The notes: generated by a model not told the origin, from the sequence alone. DNA of 64,000 nt from an uncultured Gemmatimonadales bacterium (GCA_963851265.1 CAWKNZ010000008.1:128001-192000), one strand, 5' to 3'; positions 21,651 through 31,873 are shown, counted from the stretch's first letter. Made by a program: numbers and translations.

Positions 21651-22135
21651 GGTGGTGTCCTCCGGTGTGCGAAGCAGTGTGCGATTCGCCGCGTACGGCC
21701 GCCTTCGACCGTGATTCGAGGGCAGACGGCGTGCACGGCCCGCGGCTTTGCGCAAATCGTTGGTGCCTTGGACTTGCACGTTTCGATCGGCACCGTCGCC
21801 GCACGCATGTTGCGCCCCCGTGCCGGCCCGTAGAGCCAGGGCGCTATCGCCGCCCTGGTGGCGCGTCCTGAACATCGGCGCCGAACACCGCACAGCGATG
21901 TCCGCGGGGAAGGCCGGCAGCAATGTCACCACTCACCGCGGTGAAGCCGTGCAGCGCCCAACGACGCCGAGGGCGCGGACGCACACCGCCATCAAGGGCC
22001 GGTGCCCGTCGACGTGCCGGCCGAGTGGATCACAGCCACGCGGCGTATCGCCTAATACGGCTACGGCGCTGGGGCGACTGGAGCGTCGTCGGCAGAATGT
22101 CGGCCACGGCGTCAGCGTTGCCCGTTCGAACTCCG

Positions 22136-23285
22136 TCACTCGTACGCGTACACCACCTTCCCGAAGCGCTCGCGGTCGTTGAATGTGCGATTGAGGAACG
22201 GCGCGACGTCGTCACCGGTGAATACGGAATCTGTCACCACGAGCAGCGCGCCCGCGGCATAGTCGCTCAATGCCCGCTCAAGTCCGTCGCTGAGGCCGAT
22301 GCAGTTGCCGACGATCGACAAGTTCTTCATGATCGCGGTCTGGAGGAGACTGGTCAGCCCGAACGGATTCCACACCGGCAGTGCGCGCCGCGTGAGGACT
22401 CTGGCCCGCGAAGCCGCACGTGATGTACGTCCCGAACGGCTGCCAGCAGCTCCAACGCGTCTTCCGCGACATGCAGGTCGAAGAACGGATCCAGCACAGC
22501 TTGGAAGCTGGAGGCCCGCCGCGGCCACGGCCGCCGCAAGCGCGCCGGCAGTCCCGGGCTCACGGGGTGCCCCAGCAGCCGCACGCGGCACGACGAGGAC
22601 CTCGGACACTCCGAGCGCCCGAATCTCGTCGGCGCGATCTTCCGACGTCGTCGACGCGTAAATCTCCGCGCTGCTGGACGCGGAGTGCCCCGATGAGCGC
22701 GAGCGACGTGTTGGAACTTCCCGCCGTCACCAGCACCCGCGTCCCCGGGCCGATGCCGGCGCGCCGAACCATGCTGTATGCGGTCTGTGCGTTCAGCGCG
22801 AACCCGGCGGCGACTGCGTCCGGCATGCACGCCGGGATCGCGGCGAGCTTCTGTTCCGGGATCACCTGCCACTCGCGCGACGCACGGTTACTGACGACCC
22901 CTTCCCGCACGCCGCCAGGCGGCGTGGCCGCACCCGTGTAGTGCTGGTCGGGGACCACGCGGTCGCCCGGGCGGAGCCCCGTCACCTCCCGCCCGACCGC
23001 GGCGACGACGCCGGTGAATTCTGAGCATATCGGAACGAAGCGGCGCGGCGGCACCGACGCCATCAGGCGGACGAAGGCGCGGTCACGGTAGTTGCACGAT
23101 GTGGCCGTGACTCGTACGAGCACCCGGCGCGCATCGTCCGCCCCCTGCGGGTCGAACCGCGGCGGCGACGTGTGAACGACGCCGCACCCGACGGTCGCGC
23201 CGTCTACGGTGACGGCCCGAGGGGCGCCGAGCCCAGCGGTGCTCAGCCGGCGCGCGCGGCCCCCAAATACGACGACGTTTCGCAT
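22136..23285 (-). pseudogene. lanJ: Zn-dependent MDR-family dehydrogenase, LanJ(A)-like dehydroalanine reductase; about four frameshifts
   Basis: TSCNYRD, SEFTGVV, GDRVVPD, AQTAYSMVRR, VLVTAGSSNTSL. It continues across frames as EIYASTTS, FQAVLDPFFDLH, PFGTYITCGF, NLSIVGNCIG, RFGKVVYAYE, with shifts near 22680, 22510, 22440 and 22365. Confidence 0.7.
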
Positions 23286-23322
23286 CAGCGTGAGGGGCAG
23301 GGTAGGTGGGGACCCCAGCGTG

Positions 23323-26300
23323 TTAGGCCCACAGGAGCACATTCGGGACGACGTCCGGCGCCGCCAGCCGCAGCAACTGGTAGCCGATCCCGGCGCTCCC
23401 CTGTGCAAGTCCTACCGCGATCGCCCCCCATCCGGTGTTGTACGCGCCGTCGACGCTGGCGCGCGCCATCACGTGGTCGGCGGCACCGCGGGCCTCGGCG
23501 ACGAGTTCGGGGCGGCGGAGGTGCCGCCCCGCACTCAGCAGAAGCTCGGTACGCCCCATGACGCCGCAGCACAGCGTGTCCGGGCCGGCGAGGAGCCGGT
23601 CCCGCGTGCGGCGCACGGCGGCATGCACCTCGGGTGAGACGTCCGGCCACGCGTCGGCTGCATCGGTCGCGGGACGGGTCACGGCCAGCCGGGCCAGACC
23701 GATGCCGCCCGCGCCGCGAGCCCACGCGGCCCGCGCGTCGTCGTCCCCCGAGAGCCCGCAGAGTTCTGGGCCCAGCACGGTGCGCTCGTACGCGAAGGCG
23801 TCCGCCGACGCCGACGCGAAGCGGGCCTCGCCGGTCGCTGTGGCCAGGCGGTGCAGCGCGTACGCGATCCCCGCATGCCCGTGCGCCATGCCAGTCTCGG
23901 GCTGGCCGCGCGGGCCGGGCCAGTACCCCGCCGCCGTCGCGCCGGCGCCTTCCCGCCGCCGCAGCAGGTGGTCGCCCAGCGCCACGGCGCGCTCCAGCGC
24001 CGCGCCGCCCGGCGCGTCGGCGAGCGCGAGCAGGCCGAGGATCGCGCCAGCCGACCCGGCCATCAGGTCACCACTGTCCCGTTCCTCGACGCACGCGACG
24101 TCGATCAGCGCGGCAACATCGGCGGCGGCGTGCATTGTCGCGGTGTCGTTAACGAGGGTACCCAGGCGGGCGAGGGCGTACGCCGTGGAGCCGAGGCCGG
24201 TGCCGGCGCCTACGTCCGTCCAGCGCCGCACGCGCACGGAGCGTCGCAGGTCGGGGAGGTGGGCGTGGAGCGGACGCAGTGACGCGAGCGCCTGGTCCGC
24301 GAACCGCCCGTCGCCTGTGACCCTGGCCAGCACCGCCAGGAAGAGGGCGAAGCCCACGTATCCGTCGAGCAGGTTCGCTGGCGCCGCGCCGAGCACGTAG
24401 CGTCGCGACGCCGCGTGGTACATGGGCGCGACCCACGCCCCCACCGCACACCGCCGCGCGCGCGACCGGGCGATCACGCGCTCCGCGATGGCGACGCCTG
24501 CGGCGAGCGCGCGGTCCGTGAAACCGTCGCCGGCCGCGGCGGCCGTGTCCGAGGGAATCGGCACCCCGGCGACCTTCGCGCGGCGGGCCCGCCGCTCCGC
24601 CGGCGGAGCGGCGGGCCCGCGCACGTCGTCCACGTCGACGGCCGCGAACGAGGCGCGGATGAGCTCGACCTGCGCCTCCTCGTCCTCGGGGCTGAGCGCG
24701 CGCATGCGCCGTACGGCCATGTCGAATGCCGAGGTCCGGAAGCACCCCTCGATCACGTCTCCGGTCGGAAGCACCAAGGCGGTGCTGTCCGCGTCGGCCG
24801 TGAACAGGGGAATGTCGAGCCGCTCGAGTGCTTCTTGCTCGGCGCGCAGGACGGGCCAGATCGTCGGCCGATCGGCGCGCGTCAGGAACGTGCGGCACAG
24901 CACGTCCAGCTCCACGCCGCGGCGCACGCCGTCGCGCAACAGGTTGGGGTGGTTGCAGCGCTCGAGCAGCGCCGCGTACAGGCTGGTGTTGCGCAGGATG
25001 AAGCGGACGCGCTGCCGCCGCATGCACGCGATCGGGCCACCCGGCGCCAACACCTCGTCGCGGCCGGCGAGGAGGGCGGCGTAGGTCCGCCGGAACCCCA
25101 CGACGAGCGCCTCCACGTGCTCACGCGCGGTAACCGCGCGGCCGTTCACCATCGGGAGGTTCGCGGGGTGCCGTTGGGCCGGCGCGCGCACTCGAACGGG
25201 CCGCATGGCCGCCGTATTCGCGGCAACCCACGTGCTGACCACCGAGTCGTCGGTGGGCTGCGCGCCCGCGCGAAACGCGCCCACCTCAACCGCCCCCCCC
25301 GAGTCGTCGACCTTGAGTTGTGGCAGCATGTGCAAGGCGAGCACGGAATCGAACAGGAAACGGCGGGCGGTTCCGTCGGCCATCGCCTGGTCGGGCGGCT
25401 CGTCGGTCGGCGCGAAGTCAGGGCTGAGCAGCGTCTCCAGATCGATGAGCACCGGCTGGTCGCCGGCAGCGATCAAGTTTTCGAAGTGGAAGTCCGATCC
25501 GTTGAGCGCGTACGCGATGCACAACAGCGCCCCGCACCGCTCGTAGAACCGGGCGACGTCGCCCTCGCGCGCGCACGGGGCGTGGGCGGCGAACTCCAGC
25601 CACCCGTGTGTCGGGCGCGCCACCACGCGCAACGGCGCCAGCGACAGCGCGGGCGCGCGGGCGTTGAGCCACCGCGCGAGGTCGCCGAAGCACTCCTCCA
25701 GCCCGACCGGGCGCGGCTTGTAGACCACCCGGTGGCCGCCGGCAAAGTGTAGGATCATCACGCCGCGGCCGCCCTCGTGCGGATCGGAGAGCGAGCACGA
25801 GAGGTCGACGACGGGGCCGAGCGGCTTCCCACCCGCCAGCACGTCGCGGATGCGCTCCGCGTCGTCGGCGAGGCGCGCGATCAGCTCCGCTGCGGCTTCA
25901 ACCCACAGGTCGACGATCGTCGCACACAGCCGAGCGGCCACGGGATACTCGACGAAGAACGCCCGCATGCCGCCGGCGCGCATGCCCGCGACGAAATCCG
26001 CGTACGCGTCGCCCGCCGTCGGCCCCATGCCCAGTGCCGCGTGCCGGCAGACCCGGTCGACCGAGAACGACACGAACAGCGCGCGCGCGCACGTCTGGCT
26101 GAGCCGCTGGAGGGCGGCTCCTTCCAGCGCGGCGTGCGCCTGCGGGGTCAGGAGGTCGTGCGCCGGCCCGACTCGCGCCCGTACGCGCTCGCGAGCGACC
26201 CGCATGAGCGGCGCGAATACGTCGCCGAACGCCACGGCAGCCGCGCCGCCGGCGGACGGCACCTCGACCGCTTCGGCGGCGGGCGCCGCTTGTAGCCGCG

Positions 26301-26610
26301 GCCCGTACGCGGCTGTGAGTGTGGCCGACCACCCGAGGTCGGCCGGCGTCGGGTCGGTGTCCCCCAGCATCCGCGCGACCACCGCGGGATCGAGCCCGTC
26401 CCACGTGAGGCGCCGATGAAGGCTGGGCCAGTCACCGCGGCTGAGGGTGGCGCACCACCCCTGCAGCTCGGGCGGTTGGACGCCCGCGTCGTGGCCCGCG
26501 TCGTGGCCCGCGCTACGCCGCCGCACACCATCGAGCCGAGACTGAAGTGTGGCGGCGCGCGTGAGCGAGAGCAGGACGGCGCCGTCGCGGGCGGTGTGAG
26601 CAAGCGTCAT
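23323..26610 (-). CDS. lanM: Class II lanthipeptide synthetase LanM (copy 2; cyclase WCxG changed to WARG)
   Basis: VYKPR, SDFHFENLI, IDLE, RFILRNTSLY; cyclase motifs GMAHG, AWARG, LCCG. Confidence 0.92.
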   Translation of the reverse strand: MTLAHTARDGAVLLSLTRAATLQSRLDGVRRRSAGHDAGHDAGVQPPELQGWCATLSRGDWPSLHRRLTWDGLDPAVVARMLGDTDPTPADLGWSATLTAAYGPRLQAAPAAEAVEVPSAGGAAAVAFGDVFAPLMRVARERVRARVGPAHDLLTPQAHAALEGAALQRLSQTCARALFVSFSVDRVCRHAALGMGPTAGDAYADFVAGMRAGGMRAFFVEYPVAARLCATIVDLWVEAAAELIARLADDAERIRDVLAGGKPLGPVVDLSCSLSDPHEGGRGVMILHFAGGHRVVYKPRPVGLEECFGDLARWLNARAPALSLAPLRVVARPTHGWLEFAAHAPCAREGDVARFYERCGALLCIAYALNGSDFHFENLIAAGDQPVLIDLETLLSPDFAPTDEPPDQAMADGTARRFLFDSVLALHMLPQLKVDDSGGAVEVGAFRAGAQPTDDSVVSTWVAANTAAMRPVRVRAPAQRHPANLPMVNGRAVTAREHVEALVVGFRRTYAALLAGRDEVLAPGGPIACMRRQRVRFILRNTSLYAALLERCNHPNLLRDGVRRGVELDVLCRTFLTRADRPTIWPVLRAEQEALERLDIPLFTADADSTALVLPTGDVIEGCFRTSAFDMAVRRMRALSPEDEEAQVELIRASFAAVDVDDVRGPAAPPAERRARRAKVAGVPIPSDTAAAAGDGFTDRALAAGVAIAERVIARSRARRCAVGAWVAPMYHAASRRYVLGAAPANLLDGYVGFALFLAVLARVTGDGRFADQALASLRPLHAHLPDLRRSVRVRRWTDVGAGTGLGSTAYALARLGTLVNDTATMHAAADVAALIDVACVEERDSGDLMAGSAGAILGLLALADAPGGAALERAVALGDHLLRRREGAGATAAGYWPGPRGQPETGMAHGHAGIAYALHRLATATGEARFASASADAFAYERTVLGPELCGLSGDDDARAAWARGAGGIGLARLAVTRPATDAADAWPDVSPEVHAAVRRTRDRLLAGPDTLCCGVMGRTELLLSAGRHLRRPELVAEARGAADHVMARASVDGAYNTGWGAIAVGLAQGSAGIGYQLLRLAAPDVVPNVLLWA

Positions 26611-26745
26611 GGTGCGGCGTCGGGCGTGGCGAGGGCGGTGACCGAGGACGTGGTGAACTCCTGCCGGCAGGCCGGCCCGAGGCGCGGGCAGCGGTGGTCG
26701 GCTGCCGCGCGCCCCGAACGTCGGCGTGGCGCCGGCGGGAGTGGG

Positions 26746-27126
26746 TCAGTGCGTGGCCAGGTAGACGTCGGCGCCGGCGAGCGCGCCGGCAAGCGCCCAG
26801 AGGGCGATGGCAGCTAGCGGCGGCGACCCGCCGGCGACGGCTTCCAACTCCTCGGCCGACAGCTCGACGTTCGGGTCGACGAAGTCCGGCAGCACGAGCG
26901 TCGCGTCGCCCTGGTTCTCGACGAACTTCACGTTCCACGTGGCGTGCAGCTCCTCGGCTGGGCGGCCGACGAACTCGGCGAGCGCGGCGCGCGGGTCGGC
27001 GATGAGCTTGGTGCGGAAGCCGCGGTCCGTGGCCGACCGGGAGAGCATCGACCGGATGGCATCTTCGGCCTGTTTGGCGAAGGCAGGATTCGTGGCGAAC
27101 AGTTCGGCAGTCTGGCGCGTGTCCAT
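26746..27126 (-). CDS. NHLP-leader precursor (core SPPLAAIALWALAGALAGADVYLATH)
   Basis: RSATDRGFRTKLIADP...VKFVENQGDATLVLPDFVDPNVELSAEELEAVAGG. Confidence 0.9.
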   Translation of the reverse strand: MDTRQTAELFATNPAFAKQAEDAIRSMLSRSATDRGFRTKLIADPRAALAEFVGRPAEELHATWNVKFVENQGDATLVLPDFVDPNVELSAEELEAVAGGSPPLAAIALWALAGALAGADVYLATH

Positions 27127-27164
27127 GACGGGGCCCTCTGGGGTGAAGGTGTTGGGTGGGAGCG

Positions 27165-27533
27165 CTACTTGGTGGCGGCCTGCGCCGCCCATGCGCCGAC
27201 GGCCATGCTACCGACGAAGATCATGAGCCCGATGGCGATCGGATCCGAGCCGCCGGAGACCGCCTCGAGCTCCGACTCCTGCAGCTCGGCGTCGGGGTCG
27301 ACGAACGGGGGAAGCACGAGGGTGGCGTCGGCCGTGTTCTCGACGAAGCGCACGTCCAGGCGCTCGGGGAACGCGGCGCCGAGCGCCTCGTGGAGGGCCG
27401 CACGGGGCTCGTCGAGGAGCTTGCGGCGGAAGTCGGCGTCGGTGGCGGAGCGCGTCAGCACGGAGCGGATTTGGGCGATCCCCTGCTCCGCGAGCTCGGG
27501 GTGCTGCTGGGCGATGGCGACGGTCGTGTTCAT
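27165..27533 (-). CDS. NHLP-leader precursor (core SDPIAIGLMIFVGSMAVGAWAAQAATK)
   Basis: RSATDADFRRKLLDEP...VRFVENTADATLVLPPFVDPDAELQESELEAVSGG. Confidence 0.9.
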   Translation of the reverse strand: MNTTVAIAQQHPELAEQGIAQIRSVLTRSATDADFRRKLLDEPRAALHEALGAAFPERLDVRFVENTADATLVLPPFVDPDAELQESELEAVSGGSDPIAIGLMIFVGSMAVGAWAAQAATK

Positions 27534-27633
27534 GAGAGTGGGTGGCGGTGGGTCAGGGTGGTGGGACGCGCGGGCTGGCGTCGGCGGACGTTAGGCGTTC
27601 GGGGGCGCCCCGCGGCGGGGGCACCGGCCGCCG

Positions 27634-28001
27634 CTACTTCATGTCCGAGATCATCTTGATCGCGGAGATGACCCCGAGGATGCTCGCGACGATCGAGCCG
27701 ATGCACGGGTCCGTTCCGCCGGCGATGGCCTCGAGCTCCGACTCTTGGAGCTCGGCCTCGGGATCGATGTAGTCCGGGAGCACGATCGTGGCGTCCGCCG
27801 TGTTCTCGACGAAGCGCAGGTCGAGGTCGCCGATGTCGCCGCCGGTCGCCTCCTGGAGCGTCTCGCGGGGCTGCGCGATCAGGCGCTGGCGGAACGCGTG
27901 GTCGGTGGCCGACCGGCTGAGCACGGTCCGGATCCTGTCGTGGTACTCGCGGACCTCCTCGGGCGGTCGGCGGCGATGCGCTCGATCGTTTCGACGTTCA
28001 T
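27634..28001 (-). CDS. NHLP-leader precursor (core TDPCIGSIVASILGVISAIKMISDMK); apparent 1-nt deletion near 27961
   Basis: CAGGAG RBS plus ATG at 28001 (MNVETIERIAADRP) joins EEVREYHDRIRTVLSRSATD...ELEAIAGG if one base is added to a short C run. Confidence 0.82.
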
Positions 28002-28355
28002 GGTGCGGCTCCTGTTGGGAGAAGGGTGATGGTAACGACATGCAACAAAATCGGGGTGCTGTCCGATCGGTCCTCTCGGAGGGCAACGCGCGTACCTCGC
28101 GCGGCGGTCACGTAAGCCGTTGGTGTACAACGACTCGCACGTACGCGCCGTCGCCGCGACCGGCGCCGCGGCGCGCCCGCGCTCTACGGCGTAGGGCCAC
28201 GGCTCCACCGCCGGGCGGCGGGTGGGTCGGGCGGCGAGCGCACCCGACGGAGGGCGCGGCAGGCGGGCGCGGGCGCACGGGTCTTGCACGCGCCGACGGC
28301 GTGCGCGGGGGCGCCCCGCGAGTCCGCGCCGCCACCATCTTCACATAAAAGCGTC

Positions 28356-28526
28356 ATGACAACAAACCAGCAGTACGGCGTCACGTACTTTGCCGTCGGC
28401 ACGGCGATGATCGCCTTCTACGGATTCACCTGGTACCGCCGACAGCCCCTCACGTTGATGCTCGTCATGGGGATCCTCTGCTTGGGGATGGGCGTGCTGC
28501 GCTACTTCGCCCGCGCACGCCCGTAA
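28356..28526 (+). CDS. Small two-TM membrane protein (56 aa)
   Basis: MTTNQQYGVTYFAVGTAMIAFYGFTWYRRQPLTLMLVMGILCLGMGVLRYFARARP; two hydrophobic stretches; composition unlike GC shadow ORFs. Confidence 0.65.
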   Translation: MTTNQQYGVTYFAVGTAMIAFYGFTWYRRQPLTLMLVMGILCLGMGVLRYFARARP

Positions 28527-29093
28527 TGCGGAGCCGTTAGACGCGCGCCCGTTCGGGGAGGAACGGGCGTGGCGCCGCGACGACGGCCGCCCGCGCGAGC
28601 AGGCCAGGGTGTGACCGGGAAGCACGGTAAGGCGCGCGCGACGTCCGCGGGCGTCCGCGGCGGCGGTGTACGAGCGCTTCCGGCGCTGGTCGCGGGCGGG
28701 CGTGTGCCGGGTCGTACGCTGGGGGGAGGCCGCCCGGCCGCATGCCGGCGCGCGACCGCGCCTCGTACCGCCGGTGCAACGTCGTCGGGCGCCTCGCGGC
28801 GCGGCGCACCGAGCGCCGCCCGCTGGTAGGCGCTGCGCGAAGCTCGTGCGACGCGACCTCGCCGTCGGGAAGCCCGCGAGGCTCGCGTGGCACCTCGCGC
28901 TCATCCGACCCGACATACCGCGCCCCGCTGCGCCAGCGTGGGGCGCCGCGGGGGTGAGTCAGTTACTTGCTGAACTGCGCGATCGCGGCCCGCGCGTCCT
29001 GCACGAACAGCTGGCGGAAATCAACCGCACGCCGATTTCCGCTTCGGTAGTACTCACGCGATTCGCGGTGAGGTGCCCCGTACTGGGCACACG

Positions 29094-30392
29094 TCACCGC
29101 TCGGTCGACGGCGCGCCCACCCGCGCACTGGCCGCGCCCGGTTTGAGGTCGTGGTGCCGCAGAAAGTCCATAAACTTCAAATAGTCCCCTTCCGCGATCG
29201 CAAACAGCCCGAGCACCCGCTTGTAACTCCCCCGCGTCGCCACGAGCCCCCGCTCCACCACCAGCCGCACCTCGGCGCGACTCAGCTCGCGCTCCATGTA
29301 CGGCCCGTGCACCAGCTCCCAGAACGTCCCCTCCCCCGCCAGCATCCGCGCGTACGGGTCCGCCCCCGCGGCACCGACGGCCCGCGTGCCGCCCGGCGGC
29401 GTCATCACCGGCACCCCCCGCAGCTCCTCGCTGCACGCCGCCCCCTCCAGCGCCTCGCCGAAGTCCCGGGCCTCGATGGTCGCCCCCTCGCACACGTAGT
29501 AACCCGTGTCGACGAGGCTCCGGAGCTCGCGCACGTTCCCGGGCCACGCGTACCGGCCTAACACCACGAGCGCGTGCGCCGAGAACCGCTTGCGCGACCC
29601 CTCCGCCTTCACCACCCGCTCCAGGTAGTGCTCCAGCACCAGCCGCCAGTCGTCGCCGCGCTCCCGGAGCGACGGCACGCGCACGTGCAGGTGCCGCAGC
29701 CGGTAGTAGAGGTCCGCGCGGAACCTCCCGCTCTCGACCATCGGCCGCAGGTCGCGGCTCGTCGCGGCGACCACCCGCACGTTGATCCGCTTGCTCTGCG
29801 TCGTCCCCACCGACAGGATCTCGCCCTCGCCCAACACGCGCAGCAGCATCGCCTGCGCCGTGACCGAGAGCTCGCCGACCTCGTCGAGGAACACCACCCC
29901 ACCGTCGGCCTCCTCGAACACGCCGCGGTGGTCACCGACGGCGCCCGTGAACGAGCCCTTGCGGTGCCCGAACAGCTCGCTCGCCAGCAGCTGGCCGTCG
30001 TGGTACTGCGCGCAGTTCACGGCGAGGAACGGCTTGCGGCTGCGGCGACTCAGCAGGTAGACCGCCCGGGCGAACAGCTCCTTGCCCGTGCCCGTCTCGC
30101 CCGTCACCAGCACCGGCCCGTCCGCCTCCGCGAAGCGCGCCGCGCGCTCCAGCGCCTGCGTGAGCGTCTCGTGCGACCCCACCACCGACACCTCGCGCGC
30201 CTCACCCCACCGTTCGCGCGACAGCTCGGCGATGCGCCGGCTGACGAACGACGCGGCGGGGGCGTCGGCCGCGCCGCGATCCGCCAACGTGTGCCCCAGT
30301 GCTCCACCGGCCGCCGGACTGTACGCGGCTCCTCCGGCCGTCCCGCCGAGCCCGCGCCGCGTGACGACCGACTGCTCCACCGCACTCATCAT
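29094..30392 (-). CDS. Sigma54-dependent enhancer-binding transcriptional activator (no receiver domain)
   Basis: GETGTGKELFA, AVNCA, SELFGHRKGSFTGA, FLDEVGEL, FRADLYYRL, WPGNVREL. Confidence 0.9.
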   Translation of the reverse strand: MMSAVEQSVVTRRGLGGTAGGAAYSPAAGGALGHTLADRGAADAPAASFVSRRIAELSRERWGEAREVSVVGSHETLTQALERAARFAEADGPVLVTGETGTGKELFARAVYLLSRRSRKPFLAVNCAQYHDGQLLASELFGHRKGSFTGAVGDHRGVFEEADGGVVFLDEVGELSVTAQAMLLRVLGEGEILSVGTTQSKRINVRVVAATSRDLRPMVESGRFRADLYYRLRHLHVRVPSLRERGDDWRLVLEHYLERVVKAEGSRKRFSAHALVVLGRYAWPGNVRELRSLVDTGYYVCEGATIEARDFGEALEGAACSEELRGVPVMTPPGGTRAVGAAGADPYARMLAGEGTFWELVHGPYMERELSRAEVRLVVERGLVATRGSYKRVLGLFAIAEGDYLKFMDFLRHHDLKPGAASARVGAPSTER

Positions 30393-30829
30393 GTGTCGCT
30401 CCGGATGCCCGCCCGTACGCCAGTGGTGCCGGCGAGCGGGGCCGCGCCGGCGCGTGAGCGGCGGGAGGCCCGCCCTCACGCCCCGACGGTATGGTCGGAC
30501 GCGCGGCCCGCGGACCTCTCCGGGACGAGCGGAGCGAACCGCGTGACGGACGGGGTCTGGCGCGTGACCAACGGGCGCGCGGCCCGCGGCGGGCGGTGTG
30601 CCGCCGCCCGAGCCCGGCTGCCGTCCGCTCGTCCGGCCCGGCCTCCGCTCGTCACGCCGCGGGGCGGGTTGGCACATGTGGGACGCGACACCGGCGCCGG
30701 GCGCACCTATCGTCTCGCCCGCCGGACGTCAGGCTACCGGCGCCGGAGCGGTCCCACGTCGCACGGCACCCCCCGAGACTCGCCCCCGCTCGACCCCCCT
30801 CCGACGACCGCCCCGGCGGCAGGTGTCAC

Positions 30830-30916
30830 ATGGAAACGATCCTCCACTGGCTCGGCATCCTGCACGGCGTCATCTCGCCCACACCGGTCCACGCCGACCC
30901 GCCGCCCTCCGCCTAA
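30830..30916 (+). CDS. Possible 28-aa peptide METILHWLGILHGVISPTPVHADPPPSA
   Basis: AGGTG upstream, GC3-rich codons, amphipathic N-terminus; very short, so uncertain. Confidence 0.4.
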   Translation: METILHWLGILHGVISPTPVHADPPPSA

Positions 30917-30997
30917 CCGACGACCCCGGCCGGCGTCCGCGCCGGCCCGCCCGCCGGCCCGAACGACGGCTACGTCGTGGCCGTCACCTCGTCGTCG

Positions 30998-31873
30998 TCA
31001 CGTCGTGAAGTAGAGCCGCTGCTCCAGGCGCTCGCGGTATCGCCGGCTGCACGCCACGCGCGTGCCGTCGTGCAACACCAGATCCACGTCGCCGTGGTCG
31101 CCCGGGTCCACGACCGCGACGCGCGACAGGTTGACGATCGTCGACCGGTGCACGCGCACGAACCGCGACGGGTCGAGCACCTCGCGCTCCAGCGTGGCGA
31201 GCGACTTCGAGACGAGCCGCGGCCGCTTCTGCACGTACACGCGCGAATAGTTGCCGTCCGCCTCGATCCAGTCGACGTCGGCCACGCGCACCACCGCGTA
31301 CTGCGCGCCCGCCCGGATCGCGAGCGCGTCGGGGTAGCGGGGCCGGCCGGGGTTCGCGACGAGCTCGAGCAGCAGCTGCATCCGGGGGTCGGCCGCGAGC
31401 GCGTCCCCGCGCGGCAGTTCCGGCGCGGGCGCCGCGGCGCCTGCCGAGGTCCGGTCGCCGGCCCGGTCCCGGCGCACGGCGAGCTCGCGGCGCACGCGCT
31501 CGAGCGCCTGCAGCAGCCGCCCCGCGTCGAACGGCTTCAGCACGTAGTCGATGGCGCACGCCTCGAACGCGCGCACCGCGAACTCGGAGTACGCCGACGT
31601 GAAGATCACCGGCGGCATGGCCTCCGCCCCGACGCGGCCCACCACCCCGAAACCGTCGAGCCCGGGCATTTGTACGTCGAGCAGCACTAAATCCGGGCGC
31701 GCGGCGCCGATCAGGGCGACCGCGGACTCGCCGTCGCCGCACTCGCCGACGATCTGCACGTCGGGACTCGCGTCGAGCACCTCGCGCGCGCGGCGTCGCG
31801 CGCCGGCGTCGTCGTCGACGATGAGGACGCGGAGGGTCACGTCGGGTCCTGCCGCGGGAAGGGGAGCGGACAC
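30998..31873 (-). CDS. LytTR-family response regulator
   Basis: VLIVDD, LLDVQMP, DYVLKP receiver motifs; WIEADGNY and FVRVHRSTIVN LytTR motifs. Confidence 0.93.
   Translation of the reverse strand: MSAPLPAAGPDVTLRVLIVDDDAGARRRAREVLDASPDVQIVGECGDGESAVALIGAARPDLVLLDVQMPGLDGFGVVGRVGAEAMPPVIFTSAYSEFAVRAFEACAIDYVLKPFDAGRLLQALERVRRELAVRRDRAGDRTSAGAAAPAPELPRGDALAADPRMQLLLELVANPGRPRYPDALAIRAGAQYAVVRVADVDWIEADGNYSRVYVQKRPRLVSKSLATLEREVLDPSRFVRVHRSTIVNLSRVAVVDPGDHGDVDLVLHDGTRVACSRRYRERLEQRLYFTT

Noticed and set aside
21745..21775. Sigma54 promoter upstream of the lanM1 precursor (GGCAC...TTTGC on the minus strand)
   Set aside because: GG-to-GC spacing is 12 nt rather than the required 10.
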